The notes under the pieces are model-generated. The model was not told the DNA's origin, searched no databases, and worked only from the letters and a program-made list of their open reading frames with translations. Made by a program: the position numbers and the translations under genes. A stretch of DNA of 64,000 bases. It comes from Camelus ferus (Eukaryota). Below are positions 23,054 through 37,118 of this stretch, one piece after another. The first letter of the stretch is position 1. The number at the start of each line of letters is the position of its first letter. Location: positions 27,468,001-27,532,000 of the forward strand of contig NC_045696.1 in NCBI RefSeq assembly GCF_009834535.1, in the 5' to 3' direction.

Positions 23054-26000
23054 GTGTTTAATGTTAAAATGTCCTTTAGAGACAGATGGAAAAGCTGTGT
23101 ATTGATATATATACTTATCCTATGTCCTAATTAACATCCTATTTGGACTCCAATGGTGTCCAAACCATAACTCACCAACCATAAGTATTTCCTTGACACT
23201 ATTCCAAACCTCACTGAAAGTCCAGAGTAGTCAGTAATATCAGTGAATGTCTCTATTGGATAGAACATACTTTTACCTGCTATAACATGTTTCTAGTATC
23301 TCCACATACAGATTGATTAGTTTTCCCTCCCCCCTCTCTATGTATTTTATTTTATAAAAATTTTAAATATATATATTTCTACAACATAATGCTTACTGAG
23401 ACATCAAGTTTAATTACTAAAGTAAAATTCAGATTATATCCAAAATATGTTAAAATTTTACCTATTTGAAAATTATAATTTGAGGGAAAAAAATCAAGTA
23501 GAAATACATTTAGATTATTCATTTTCCAAAGTGATCTTTTCTAAATGAAAAACTTTGTTATTTATCTAATATATATATGAAATATATATTATATATACAA
23601 ATAAGTATATTTATATAAATAAATATGCCTTATCCAAAATCTAGTGTTAAGTACTAATGAGCAAAACCTAATGAAAAATTGGAGGCTTGTCCTGTAACAA
23701 TTGTAACTGTGACTCCAACTATGGTACTACAATAACTGGCTTTACAATTTTCAATCTAGTTAAATACTGTAGTCTCCAGGAAGAATTATTCAGTTTAATT
23801 AGAGTCTAGATAGACATTACTGCATAAGTTCAGGTATTCTCTTTGTGGGAAGAAAAAAGGGAAAACCAAAAAAATCCAGGTGGTACACATAAGAGTTTAT
23901 GACCGTCTTTGAACTAGTCAGTACAGGAAAGCTTCCCTGTTGACTTTATTATGTAAGTATACTGAGAGTAGAAGAATGACTTAAGCATTAGAAGACCAGT
24001 TAAAAAGTCTGAAATTGAAAATTTTTGCCATGAGTTCTCAGGATATATCATTAAATATTCATATTCCCATTTAATAATGACTAACAGTATAGGTAAAATA
24101 TTTATTTTTAAAATCACCTCTTAGAAAAATCACAAACATTTCTAAAATAAGAAAACATTAAGCTAAATTACATAAATTTAGGCTGTTTATTTTGTCTTTG
24201 ATACCATAGTAATTATAAATGTAACTTATTGAGAGTGGTAAATTAATTTGATTTATATCTAGAAATATGGCTAATTTTATAAAATCTCAATTTCCAGCAT
24301 CATTCTTCAGCTACAATTAAAAAAAAAAAAAAGAAAAGAAAAGAAAAGGAAGGCATATTTAAGGAAAGTCTGTTAAAACTCCAATCTGTAGAAGTTCTTA
24401 GTCATCCTGAACATTTAGACAGGGCTTGGTATACACTCAGATCATGTCCCAGTAAGATAATTTCTCTAGGGACATATCATTCACTCAGCTTTAAAGGATT
24501 TATCTTAGACAGATTCATCTGGCCCATTAACAATTCTAATTCAAAGAATCCAAATAAGAAAGCAAGCATAAAGGAAATAACTGGGGGTTTTTCAACCCCA
24601 GCTCTCAGCTTCCATTCAGAAAATATCTTCCTTCTTTTTATCCTTTCCTACGTGAGCTGTTACTAATGTTGTTTAAGAGCAGAAGCTACTAGAAGAGCCT
24701 AAATTGTTATAGGATTAATTGCTATATTTCTTTAAGTATACAGTACAGTTCTATAAAATCTGTAGACTTTTACCACACATTCACCAATGTTGAATAATAC
24801 TTTATAATAAGTTAAATATTAAAGCATGATGTTGTGAGCCCAAAAGCCAGCTTGCAGTAGAATTTTAAACACCTGTTAAAAGAATATAAATAAATGGCAA
24901 AGCCATTTATGGAAAAATTATGAAATAAGTCTAATTTATTCCTTCTCCTATGACATCAGATTGTATTCATGACATTTACATCTATAAATGGAAAAGAGAT
25001 CTATAAATAGAAATTACATCTGTAAATGGAAAAAAAAATTTTGCAGAGAGAGAAGTATGTAAATATTTTGGAATTCCTATGGTTCATAAAAGAGTCAGAG
25101 TACTAAATCTGATGAGAGATATGGGAGAACACTGACCATGACAGAAGAGCAGCTTGGAAAAGTTATTAAGCAGAAGAAATTCTAACATGGAAAGTATGGT
25201 GACTTTGTTCAGTTCAGAGAACAAAAATTAGCTATAAATTTTGAAGAACTATTTGATGCTTTAAACAATTAAAGATGAATCATCATCCCTTATTTGGCAA
25301 TTTTTAGATTTGGTTTCATGTTAATTTGCAGCAATCTTTCCTAACTCAGTGTTTGCTTACTCTCCAGGATATAAAAGAAAAATCACCAGGTAAGGCAGCC
25401 AAAAGAAATAAATTATCAGCTCAATTAGACCCTGGCTTTCTTTCTTGAACTTTCCAAGTTCAGACTATTACACTGTGACTGTCATTCAGCTGAGTCTTCT
25501 CAACTGCTTTTCAAGGTGCCAGAAGGTCTGGTCTATCTGTGAAACTGAGTACAATGCATACACACATCCTTCATACATTTAGGAAACCTCGTGTAGAAAA
25601 GAATGCTCGTGGATAGTGATGGCCTACTACCATAAAACACTCAGATATAAAAAAATTAGGCATCAGGTAATTGTCCTAATCTGGATGTGTTTACCTAATT
25701 CTCTACCACATGTTCTTGCAACCAATTTATTGATCTTTTCTTAAGGTACTTTCTAGAGCAAAGGAACAATGCCACCACACTGACATGATTTTTCACGTGC
25801 TTACAAATACTTTACCAATTTTAGTTAAAAGCTCAATGACATACTGACAATTTTATCTCTAAAACCGTCATATCAAAGTGAAGTATGACGACTGCCCTCA
25901 GACGTACAATATGTGTCATTTGATATATCGGTATGTGTTTGATTTCTCAGTGGCTATTATATCTGATTGTCCAGAGATCATGTCCCTCTGAGCTTCAAAC

Positions 26001-27111
26001 AGCCCCAAATAAGTCCTCAGAAATGGAGTGTCTGTGGATGGATTTTCTGCACAGGAGAATTCACACATCTCCGTGATCAGACAGTGCAAAGCAGGACTGA
26101 AATATTAGGACTTTCACCTCACTGAAACTTACCAGAGATCAGTAACTCATTTTTTAGGTCGAAAACTGTGTTGACTTTGACAACATAAAACAACATGGTT
26201 GAAGGTAAACTGAGCAGAATCCAAGCAGATGGCCCTAACAGAAAGCTGAACATGTCACAAGAACAAACTCGTCAATACAAGAGAAAAGAAAGGGAAACAG
26301 TATGTGTTCACAGTGCAAGCCAACTGAAGCTTTACTGCTTCCCTCCTATTTACTGAATAACTGCCTTATCAATATCTAGGTTTAAAAGATTACCTAGCCA
26401 AGTCAGAAGATTGATTTCTCTTGGACATACTGGTCATGTTTTTTTAAGGGGTCATACTAAGTAATGGTTTCTTTATCAAAAAGGTATTCTGTCTTTATAT
26501 CACAGAATAAGTTGAAGAAGGCAAGCTGATACAGGTTAACTTTCCTGGGCTTATTAAAGGACAATAAAGGTAAAAATAACAAACACAAACTATCAATTTA
26601 CCTCTCTTTTTCTCCCATCTCGAATTTTATTGAGGGATTCTATTTTTTTTTAACTTTTGAGTGTACAAATCCTGGGGTAGTTTGACTTATCAATAATGCA
26701 TAGATACCAAAGCCACAGCTCAATCTTACATGCAAAATATATAGGTCAACTGAACCAACTGACTGAGGCAGTATAAAAATGTAAGAGTTTCATATGTTAA
26801 AAGGAATTGCATGTAAAACAATATTCACACTTTACAGTTTCTTCTCTATGATTGACTGCAGATTAAAAAAACAAATATAAAAATATAAGTTCAAAATTGG
26901 GTGTAGAAGAAATTTGAACTTATTGGTAGCCATATTAGCAATTATTTTCCCAAAGGAAATAATATATATCACGCTTTGGCATTATTTTGAGACAGTAATT
27001 GTCTCATGTACAAAATGAATTTGCCTTATGTTTCACATTCATGATTAAGCATCCCTCATGATTAAGGAGTCTCATTAAGTATTAGAGGCAAAATAACATA
27101 GGGATTACGAG

Positions 27112-27268
27112 CATGAACAAAGTTATTTAAACTACCTGGACCTCAATTTCATCATCTAAAAAGTGAGGATAATAATAATACATACTTTATTGAGTTTTTG
27201 TGAGGATTAAATAAATTAATAAAGAGCCTGGCACATAATAACCACAGAGAAGCGTTGGTTATTATTAC
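27112..27268 (+). mobile_element. MIR SINE
   Basis: CAAAGTTATTTAAAC...CCTCAATTTCATCATCTAAAAAGTGAGGATAATAAT...GTGAGGATTAAAT...GCCTGGCACATA. Confidence 0.75.
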
Positions 27269-29090
27269 AATTGACATGGCCTTACACCTCAACTTCTTCC
27301 TCAACTTGAAAAAACTTAGACTGTACTCTATAAGAATGTTTTACTAAGGGCCAACTTATTCCACTAAGTTAAATATAAAATAGGAATAAATTAATATTTT
27401 AGGGTGAATATTAAAATTCGATATTCTTCTTCCTTTGGTTCTGTTCAGAATTTCAGTGACGATGTTCCATACATACAAACACAATTTCCATAGCTAAGGA
27501 CTCTCTATCTGGTGCTTTAAAAGCTTCCAAACAGCCAGGAATGTACTTAAACAGTTTGATTAGCCCCTTATGTCAGATAAATGAACAGTTTTGTAAACAT
27601 TGAGTGCAATACAAGTCATCCTGAAATGAGAGATTCTCTGCGGGACAATAAATGTCCCAAATGTAATATCTTTGAAATAACATGATTTTGTTCTCAAAAT
27701 AAGCCCTCCTTTTAAAAAGTCAGGATTTTAGGAAGGTACAAAGATATAAAGAAAAAGATTATAAGTGGCAGAATACAAATGGGTATGTTCGCACACAAAA
27801 TTTCTAACAGTTCACTGGCACCGAAACACACTTTAAACAGGGAACAAAATCTGGCATAGACAACTAAATCTGTCAAACAACTGTAATGTAAAGAAAAGAT
27901 ATAGCACATATAAAAGAACAGAAAACAGCTTTAACCATATAGTGAATTAAATATATAAAAAGTGGAGTAGATTTCCATGGATTAAAGACTTGTAAGGCTA
28001 GTCAACAGAATAAAGACTATGACAACGGAATCCAAAACTAAGGTTAAAGTTTTCCTCCCAAAATAAAGACCACAAAGACCAAAAAATAATCTCTTTACTG
28101 CTTCCCCACCCCCACATCACCAAGCAGAAATGTCTGGGAAAATCATGGAGAAATGTACCTCCTGGAAGCAGATTTCAACCCTGCCACATACGATCATGGC
28201 CTATACTCACTCATCAATTTGCCCTAGACATACAACCCTATCACCAGACTATGAACCTGAAAAACATCAACTAAAATGCACAAATTCTTAGGAAAAAGCA
28301 TAATTTTAAAGAAAATACCATAGAAAAGCATAAAAGAAAAGATCATAGACATGGTAGTTAGAGCTAAATTTAAAGCCCTCTCCTTCTGGCTTTCCCTTCC
28401 TCCCTCTATTTTTATACAACTGCTGTGTGACTTTCTTTCAGGTACTAAGACTGTACTGTTTTGCAAGAGTACAAGAAATATCAGAAGTTCTAAAGATATC
28501 ATTGATTTCTTAATAAAGACAGCCATCTCTCATCTGTACAATGCCTATCTCTGACCATTCCAAATTACTTTCCAATAGTTACCAATTATGCAATTATTAC
28601 ATAAGATAGTATACAGCATTGCCTATTTGCAGGTAAGAAAATTAAGCCACAGAGGTTAAGAGGCATTATCAGGTCCTTAGAAAAGCCCCAGAAAATCAAT
28701 TCCAAGCATTAAGCTAACAGAACATTCATACACGAGACATTGTGGAAGACTGTTTCAGTGCCAGGTACTGTTCTAGGTCAGCAGTAATCCAGAGTGATAA
28801 GGTCCTTGTGCTTGTGGAGTTGATACTGCAGGAAAGGAAATTACCGGTAAACAATTACATATCATTAATCAAATGATCCCAGCCATCTTTTGTGTTTTTG
28901 TTTGTTTGGGTTGTTTTTGAGTCATTTACTGCTAAAATGGAAAAGAACTAATTAAGATCCCCCTTCCTCAGGGGCTGTACATGGAACTGTAAGTTTCCAA
29001 TAGATTTCAGAAACTTGAGCTGAACTGTAGAACAAGCTTTTAGAGATGTGTGTAATCCTACTCTAAAGTAGCCTCCTCTTTTGTATAAAA

Positions 29091-29610
29091 TCAACAGATG
29101 ATAAAGAAGACGTGGTATATTTACACAATGGAATACTATTCAGCCAGAAAAACTGACAACATAACGCCATTTGCAGCAAGATGGATGTTTCTGGAGAATG
29201 TCATTCTAAGTGAAGTAAGCCAGAAAGAGAAAGAAAAATACCATATGAGATCATTCATATGTGGAATCTAAAAAAAAAAAAAAAAAAGAAGAAGAACATA
29301 AATACAAAACAGAAACAGACTCATAGACATAGAATACAAACTTGTGGTTGCCAAGGCAGAGGAGGTGGAAAGGGATAGACTGGGAGTTCAAAATTTGTAG
29401 ATACTGACAGGCATATGTAGAATAGATAAACAAGATTATACTGTATAGCACAGGGAAATATATACAAGATCTTGTGGTAGCTTACAAAGAAAAAAAATGT
29501 GACAATGAATATATGTATGTTCATGTATAACTGAAAAATTGTGCTCTACACTGGAATTTGACACAAAATTTTTAAATGACTATAACTCTATTAAAAAAAG
29601 TTTAAAAAAA
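29091..29610 (+). mobile_element. 5'-truncated LINE-1 3'UTR
   Basis: GATAAAGAAGACGTGGTATATTTACACAATGGAATACTATTCAGCC...CTGTATAGCACAGGGAA... ending in an A-rich tail. Candidate TSD AAAATCAA at 29087-29094 and 29609-29616. Confidence 0.9.
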
Positions 29611-31667
29611 AATCAAAAGCCTATTAAGGGAGAAAAGATACTGGGGTTGGGAAGAAGAGAAAGTGACTGATGATAATCCTGTTGCAGAAGAAGTCAATCC
29701 TTTCTCAAGCCACCTCTCCCACTCATCAACTCAAGCACCTAAGAAATATATCCCTCTGGGAAGTCCTTTGTCCTGTCGCCTACATGACTATCAGTAGCTC
29801 AAAGGTTTCACTGTGAACTAATTGCCCAAGTTCCTCAGATGTGTGAGCTAAGTGATGGAAAATAGTCCCTTGAATCAGAGATTTTACCCATGGAATTAAT
29901 GGCTTATATTTTAGTAACTTCAAATTGGCAAATATTTTCATTTATAACAGCTACATGTTCTACATGTAATATTATAGAAATACGACCTGAAGTCAGGGGG
30001 CAATGGAGGAATGTCTAAATTTAATCAATTCTGTTAGTAAGCCAAAAAAAGAAATATATATTATATATACTGTATATAATATACATGTTATATACATAAT
30101 ATATATTTTTATATATATAACAAAATTACTTTATAGATCTGAAGAAATGGTGGCTTTGGATAATAAAACAGTGAGTGATTATAAAAACATGTACACTCAT
30201 ATACTCAAGTATATACTTAACATCTTAAAATGTGACACAGTTACATCTAAACTTGAATCTGTAAAATAATTTCAAATTAAATATTAATCAAAGGTACAAT
30301 TATACCAAATCAATTTCAGGCACTGCTGTCTTACAGGATGAAGGCAAACTGAAGTATAAATTATTTACAAGAAAAAAAATCCATAATAGCATTGAGCTAA
30401 TTATCACAGTAATTGTAGCATTTCAGGGCAAGGGTAGAGAGAGGAGATTTCCTTTGTTCATATTTTTCCTATCCAAAATTTCATAAGTAAGTCATATGTT
30501 TCAACCACAATTTTTAAAATCTAAAGAAAATTTGAATCTGACATTCTTTAAAACATTAAGAAACAAAGAGGAACTTTAACTGAATCCATAACAGCATATA
30601 AAAAGATTTCCTTGATTTACTTATGTGTGTGTGTCTGCATGTGTGTATCCTTTCTGGCTTCAATAAAACCCCCTTAAAATTGGAACCACTTCACTCAAAT
30701 TAACATTCTTTCCTCCCTCCCCTTAGTATCACTAACTGTTGTAGCTTAGAAAAGGCTTTGGTCAAAAGTAGTTACCAATGTCAAAGACTATCTCTTTCCA
30801 GTGTCTCAGATTTTATGTTTTACTTTAGGCAAAAAGCAGAGTGTTTTAAAATTTTTTAATACTTAAAAGTCTATTTATTTAACATGTTTATTTATATTTA
30901 TATGAAATATTTATACTTTTAAAATTAATATTAAAATTTTATAGTAAACATTTTTAATTCTATTAATTTTTAAATTTAACACTATAAGAGAAAAATCTGA
31001 ATTATCTATTTTTTGGAAAAATCCTGTGTGGTCATGCCTTTTAACTGATGTTCAAGCAACATAATGTTGGATTACTACAACAAACACTGGGATAAAATTT
31101 TATACTATCCATTTAACTGTAAATCTTAATGTGAGGTTATCTAATAATTTTGGGGGGAAATGATGCCTTTTCTATTGATGTATATCCATACATATTTCTT
31201 TTGAATATCCATGCATAATGTCTTCTATTCAGTATAAATTCTAAAAACTTATTCTTCATTCTATTTATAGCATATTAAATTTATAGTCTGAGATAATGAT
31301 CAGAATATGATGTTAAATAAATTAATGCTCTACTTGAAGTTCTTTTCAGAAAAGTTTGCTGAGATACGCAATCATAGACTTGACTTATCATTACAGTTGT
31401 TTCAAGGTAAATTTGTTCCAGGCACACATACAAAAAATACAGATAATTTGATAATTTGTGCAATCTCTCATTTCTATTAGGGAAACAAAATGCTAAATTG
31501 TACATCAGCACCTTTAAATATAAGAAATAAAACTTTTCTTCTATTGTTTTCGATTGGAGGAGATCATTATACAGAAATTTTTACTGACAGAAATTCGGTA
31601 ATAACACACCCTTTAATACCTGTGTTAGGTACTACAAGTTATACAACACAAGTGCTTAAAATTAAGT

Positions 31668-31696
31668 AGGGTTCAATCCCCAGTACCTCCATTTTA

Positions 31697-31730
<34 letters not shown>

Positions 31731-31772
31731 CAAACAAGCAAACCTAATTGCCTCCCCCCCAAACACAAAAAT
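31668..31772 (+). mobile_element. 5'-truncated Vic-1-like SINE with (TCAA)n expansion
   Basis: Begins at the B box GGGTTCAATCCCCAGTACCTCC, followed by about 8 TCAA units and AAACCTAATTGCCTCCCCCCC. Confidence 0.82.
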
Positions 31773-31807
31773 GTTTTTAATTAAATGGGAAATACAGACA
31801 AGTAAAC

Positions 31808-32018
31808 TTTTTTTTAATTAAAGTATAGCCACTGTGTAATTTTCTGTTAATTTCTGGTGTACAGCATAGTGATTCAGTTATACATGTTTATATATATATG
31901 TATATACATATGTGTATATACATATATACATATATATTCCTTTTCATATTGTTTTCCATTATAGGCTATTACAAAGCATTGAAAATAGTTCCCTGGGCTA
32001 TACAGTAGGACCTTGTTG
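31808..32018 (-). mobile_element. Short LINE-1 3' end fragment with internal (TA/CA)n
   Basis: Poly-T start, then TCTGGTGTACAGCATAGTGATTCAGTTATAC...ATAGTTCCCTGGGCTATACAGTAGGACCTTGTTG, the reverse of the L1 3'UTR seen at 60590-60760. Flanked by AAGTAAAC at 31800 and 32024. Confidence 0.88.
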
Positions 32019-32849
32019 CAGGTAAGTAAACATTTACTTACAATACAAGACTTACATGCTGTGATCAAGGAATATAGGGAGGCATGGGGAAGGTTAACCT
32101 TGGGGGGAGGAGTCGGATATACAGAAAAGGAGACTTGGTGGAAGCGATGACTCTGCTGAGCTCTGAAGCAATAAATAGCTTTTTCTAGATCAAAGGAATG
32201 GGGGTAGAGAGCGTAAATCCTAGGCTGCACTGCCCGGATCACACAAATCCTTGCAAGTCCTTTTGAGTTCAGATTTTTAGGAGCAATTGTGAATCTCTGA
32301 GTGAGCAATCAAGAGGGACAGATCAGATTTTTACTTGTGAATAAGTATTACAGTCATCTGAGTGCGACATGATGGTGATACTAATTAGAGAAACAGCAAG
32401 GGGGATGGAAATAAGTGGGAAGACTCTCCAGCCATTCAGGAAAAAAAAAAAATCAGCAAGACTAGATGATCAACTGATATGAACAGGTGGAAAGAAAGGG
32501 GGAAGGAATAGATCTCCGGCTTCCGGTCTGGTGGGCTGGTGAGATGGCAGTACCATTTTCATAGCTGGGAAATAAAAGAGGAAAGGGGAAAGACAGGGAT
32601 GGAAAGGAAGATAAGTCTCAGTCTGGACCTTTAAGCTGGAGGCACAACCAAGACCTCCAAACAGAGATGAGTGCAAAGTCTAGGCTAGAGAGAATAGAAC
32701 AAAGAGTGAATCAGGACAACTTTGACAACTAAATCCAAGGAGGTAGGTGTAGTCATCCAGAATAGGCCATAGAGCAAAATTCTCCTGGAGCCTAAACATT
32801 TCAGCTACAAGCCAAAAAAAAGCCAGATAAAGAAGAGGAAACAATAGCA

Positions 32850-33320
32850 TCTGTGTGGCAGACCTTGCTACTTGCCTAGTAAATACCCATTCTTTGTTCT
32901 TCCGTCCAACAAAAGACAAAATTTTGTTTGGAGAAGAGATGGGCCAGTCAAAAACACATCTCTCCAGAAAACTTTGACAGTAAGGGTGGCCATGTAACAG
33001 TTCAAGCCAACAAGATGTCATCGAATTCTAGTGGGCAAGACTTCCAGGAAATTTATTCTTTATCTGGAAAAAAAATAGGCTGATGATTTTTTACATTCCT
33101 CCCTCAAGGACAGCACAGAGAGGTGACACTGAGAGGTGCAGCAGTCACCTTGCAACCATAAGAAAGAAAGTCACATTCTAAGGTTGGCAGAGCAGAAAAA
33201 TCAAAGGAGGCTGGTTCCTAATGGCTTCTTGGAGTCCTTATACTTCATACAGCCTTTCTCCAGACTCAAATTTAAACCCATTCGGCTAATTTGTCTGACT
33301 TTGGTTACACGCAGTAGGAT
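32850..33320. mobile_element. MaLR LTR (MLT1-like) nested in an L2-like purine-rich relic
   Basis: TGTGTGGCAGAC start, GGTGGCCATGTAACAGTTC, GCAGCAGTCACCTTGCAACCATAAG, TTTAAACCCA and TTGGTTACACGCAG are MLT1-type motifs. Confidence 0.65.
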
Positions 33321-34334
33321 GCAATCTCGATCTAGCTGGGTGCCATGAAATTCTGGTGAAGAGGATATTTCACAAAGAAGGTCAGCTGTGTCAAATGTCT
33401 GCAAGAGGTAAATTATACCCATAATAGAAGACAAAGTTTAGAAAGCTGAGGTCAAGGCTATTAAGAGTAACAGGATATTACTGAGAGAGAAGGGTAAGGC
33501 CACACACTGCGCTAAGCATCTCTTTGCAAAGTTTTGATAAAGTACCATATTTAAATTGCCTATGTTTGGAATGTTGAATGGATCCCTGTTATGGCCTTCA
33601 ACATGCTGATGTAGAAGAAAACCTACCTGGACACAAAATGAAAACAATTATATATCGTATTCTTACTCTTATGATCTTAAAACAAAGGAACCAAGAAGAT
33701 AACCACACAGCTGAATTTGATACACAGACACTTTTGAAACTGTGTGTCCTCCCACAAAGTACCAAATATTAACGTGCATCAAAAATTTATTTCTGAAAAT
33801 AATATTTGGACAGTTCATTTAAGTGGGGGAATCACAATAATTTCGATCTCCTACTTGTGTTTCATACCATTCGCTAATACTTTGAAAGCTCTGAAGTCTT
33901 ATAGAAAAGAGATTTGTTTAAAGATGTATTTTCCAGATTATTTTTTTTAACAGCTCATAGAAACAATTCACTGGAACATATTTTGAGAGACCACAATCAA
34001 ATATTGAAATACTAACTAGGTCAATAACAATTGCTTTACAAATCCTCGAAAGTAGGCCATCAAAGACATACCATGTACTGATATATGAAAAATACCTATC
34101 TATTCACAAACATTTTTGTGGATTTTAAATACATTTGTGTATAGAAGATGACTGCCTCTGGGAACAGCAAGCGTTTTCTAAATGTAACCATATATGGCGT
34201 TAGATTTTCAGCATCCCCCTTCCTGAAATAAAGAGATACAGTCTTTGGGACCACAGGAATGGAAGAAGTCAACCTCATAATGTGCCTAGCACAGTAAATA
34301 GCACATGGAACAATCACTGCCATTCACACAGCGC

Positions 34335-34490
34335 TCGCTGTTGGCCAGGCACAGCTCTAAGCACATGATGCATGCTCACTTACTTAATCCTTCCCAAATC
34401 TGTATAAGGTAAGTGGAACAATTTCCCTATTTTACAGGTGAGAATGAAAACATGGAGAGGCTAAGTTACTTCACCAAGGCCAGAGAGCTA
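34335..34490 (-). mobile_element. MIR SINE
   Basis: GCCAGGCACAGCTCTAAGCAC...TTAATCCT...CCTATTTTACAGGTGAG...TAAGTTACTTCACCAAGGCCA. Confidence 0.7.
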
Positions 34491-36710
34491 TGCTAAATAA
34501 ACATTTATTGAGTTTGCTGAGAACAAAATTTGTGTTAACTTAATGACAGAATTAATCATATCTAACTACGAAGTTTCCATTAACACACTCTTTGGATAAG
34601 AGCCATCCAGTTAATGGTTTAAGAGAGCCCCTTGTGTTAAAAGAACACAAACTCCTCTTGGAATAGGTTATAAGAAATGTATTGTTACTCACCTGCAGTT
34701 GATGATCAATCTTTTGAAGGAGATTGAAGAATGACAACCAACATAGTCCAGAAAGAACCTATTTCATGGGAAACTATACAGAGACCTAAGTGGTAATTAC
34801 TTTCTAAAAAGAATGAAAGAAAAAGAAAGGGGCTAAGAAACTGCCTTTATTGTCTACCAATGTTTCAGAGTCTAACCACAGAATTCTGAGCTCATGCAAG
34901 TTCTAGATTGTGGTGATTTAGGCAAAAGATGAGAAAAGTGGAGGAAAAAGGAACTGTCAACAGATCTCAGTCTACTGGCCACACAACATTTCCTCCTCTC
35001 CTGTGACATTTTGGCTCACTGTTGCTTTCTTTCTTGAGGTGGTCCCAAAGGAAAGCATGCTGTAATCATATTTTCCACGAATTCCCTTAAGCAAGATTCA
35101 ACAAGGTTGCAACCTGCTCTACACATCCATTTTAGAACTAAGGGAAGTCACTTGGGTTAGTTATGACAAGTGCTGGATTATATGATCGAAGTGCCATCAA
35201 TGTCCTACATCAAACACAGTCTCCTAATCCATTTTCTAGTGTCTGACTGAGATAGGAATCTAATCAAAGGGTAACTTAATGTGACTCAATCTAGAGAAAG
35301 TACAGTATTATGTAGTGAAGAGATACAGAGTGATGGAAAGGAAGAGATTGAGACTGAATATAAATCCTTTGTGGAGGGGTGTCCTTTCCCGCTTTCTTTT
35401 TAACTCTCTTGCTTTTATTCTAAGTTTTACTCCATCATTCACTGGATAAGATTAAAAATGTCCCCATTCAGACATACTAAATAACTTGGTCATAAACTTT
35501 TATTTCTTTTGACAAGTGTAAAATGTCATACATGCTATTAAAACTTCAATTTAAACCTTAGGTTAAATACGACATAACTTAAAATGTTACTAAAGCTACA
35601 ATTTCCATGTTGGGTCCTAAGAGACTGAGATTAGAAACTGTTTTATTATACTCAGAAACCTAAATTAAACATCAGATGTACTTTATTAAAAATTAGGTCC
35701 CACTTAATAACGATCCTCAAACATATGAGCTGCTATAGTTTTAAAACTGCTCTTCTGTTATCAGCATATAAAATGAAAGGAAGACAAGCTGTAGAATAGA
35801 ATTTAGGTAAACTGAGGTAATAACTTTGTGTTAACATATGCTGATGAACATAAGGAATGTTGATGGTGGAGGCTAGAAAATCTTTTATTCTGAACCTCAT
35901 TTAATACAACAAATGATCTTCAGGTAATTTAAACTAAAAATCAGAAGGATATATTAAACGATTTCCCAGTGACCCTTCCAGCACAGTTCTGCTCTTATTA
36001 ATAAAACCTAGTTTTTTTTTTTTTTTTAATAGTTCGCATTCTAGAAAATGTAACATTAAATAAAGACTCTAGCATTTCACTTTTGGGTTATTCTAAGTGA
36101 ATACAGCCTTCCATTAATTTACTTAAAGATACCTATGACACATTTCACCTATTAATTTCCTTGATATACAATGGTATGGATATTAAAAAAAGTTTGAGTA
36201 TCTTCTCTGCTTAACATTCCACTATCTGTAAATATTCATACATAGGAAATATTTTTTCCCCTTATTCATTCAGACAAATGTATTTCTCTGCTCTTCCAAA
36301 CTTAACCCTATCATATCAGTACCCGCCCCGCCCCCACGCTACCCCCACCGGCTCACACATGCCCACCTGCGCGCTCTCTCTCCCACACCCACCCCCCTCC
36401 TTCTTTTTGAGTCTCTTTCTCTGTTACTCTGACTTTGTTTCCCTCTGTGTCCCTCTTGTGCTTTTCTTTCTATGTTTTTCTCTCTCTCCATTTCTGCCCC
36501 TGAACGCTGTCTCTACCAGTCTCTTACCCCGCCAGCTTTCCCTGGCCTCCACTCCTTACTGGTTTAGAAACCCAGAATAATCCACCTGAAATCATGTCTC
36601 CCCTGATTCTCTTTTTAAAAACCAACCACATTGGGGTCACATTCCCAAAAGAAGTTTCGGGCTTCAGGGACGAGCATGGGTCTGTGAACGCCAGATTAGC
36701 ACAGTGTATA

Positions 36711-36868
36711 CCAGCACTTCTCAAACTTGAATTTGCATATGAAGTCACCTTAAAATACTGTTTAAATACAGGGTCTGATTCAGGCGGTCCCACAGTGGGG
36801 CCCTACATCTCTAACTTGCTACCAGCTGATGCCAATGCTGCTGGTCCATGGACCGTATTTTGAGTAGG
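36711..36868. mobile_element. MER5-like hAT MITE
   Basis: CAGCACTTCTCAAACTTGAATTTGCATA...GATGCCAATGCTGCTGGTCCATGGACCGTATTTTGAGTAG. Confidence 0.7.
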
Positions 36869-37118
36869 ATCCTAAAGGCTGTAGTAGACCTAGTCCTTCC
36901 CACATCCGAGTTTGCCTCCCCCACACGTGGCTGGACACAGTACCATCCAAGTGAGTTTCCTCTCTTTCTTATCCATATCGTGCCTAATTATTGCAGCATC
37001 TAGATTTTCATTGGTTTTTACATCTTATTTTAACTAAGCTTTTGAAAAAAAAAATTTTATCAACCATAGATCAAAGCCTAAGATTGCAATAAGAAATTTA
37101 AAACATTACTATGTTGCA

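Noticed and set aside
32019..32027. Perfect CAG|GTAAGT donor on + strand
   Set aside because: Opposite to the ROBO1 strand, part of an L1 TSD flank, with no linked exon.
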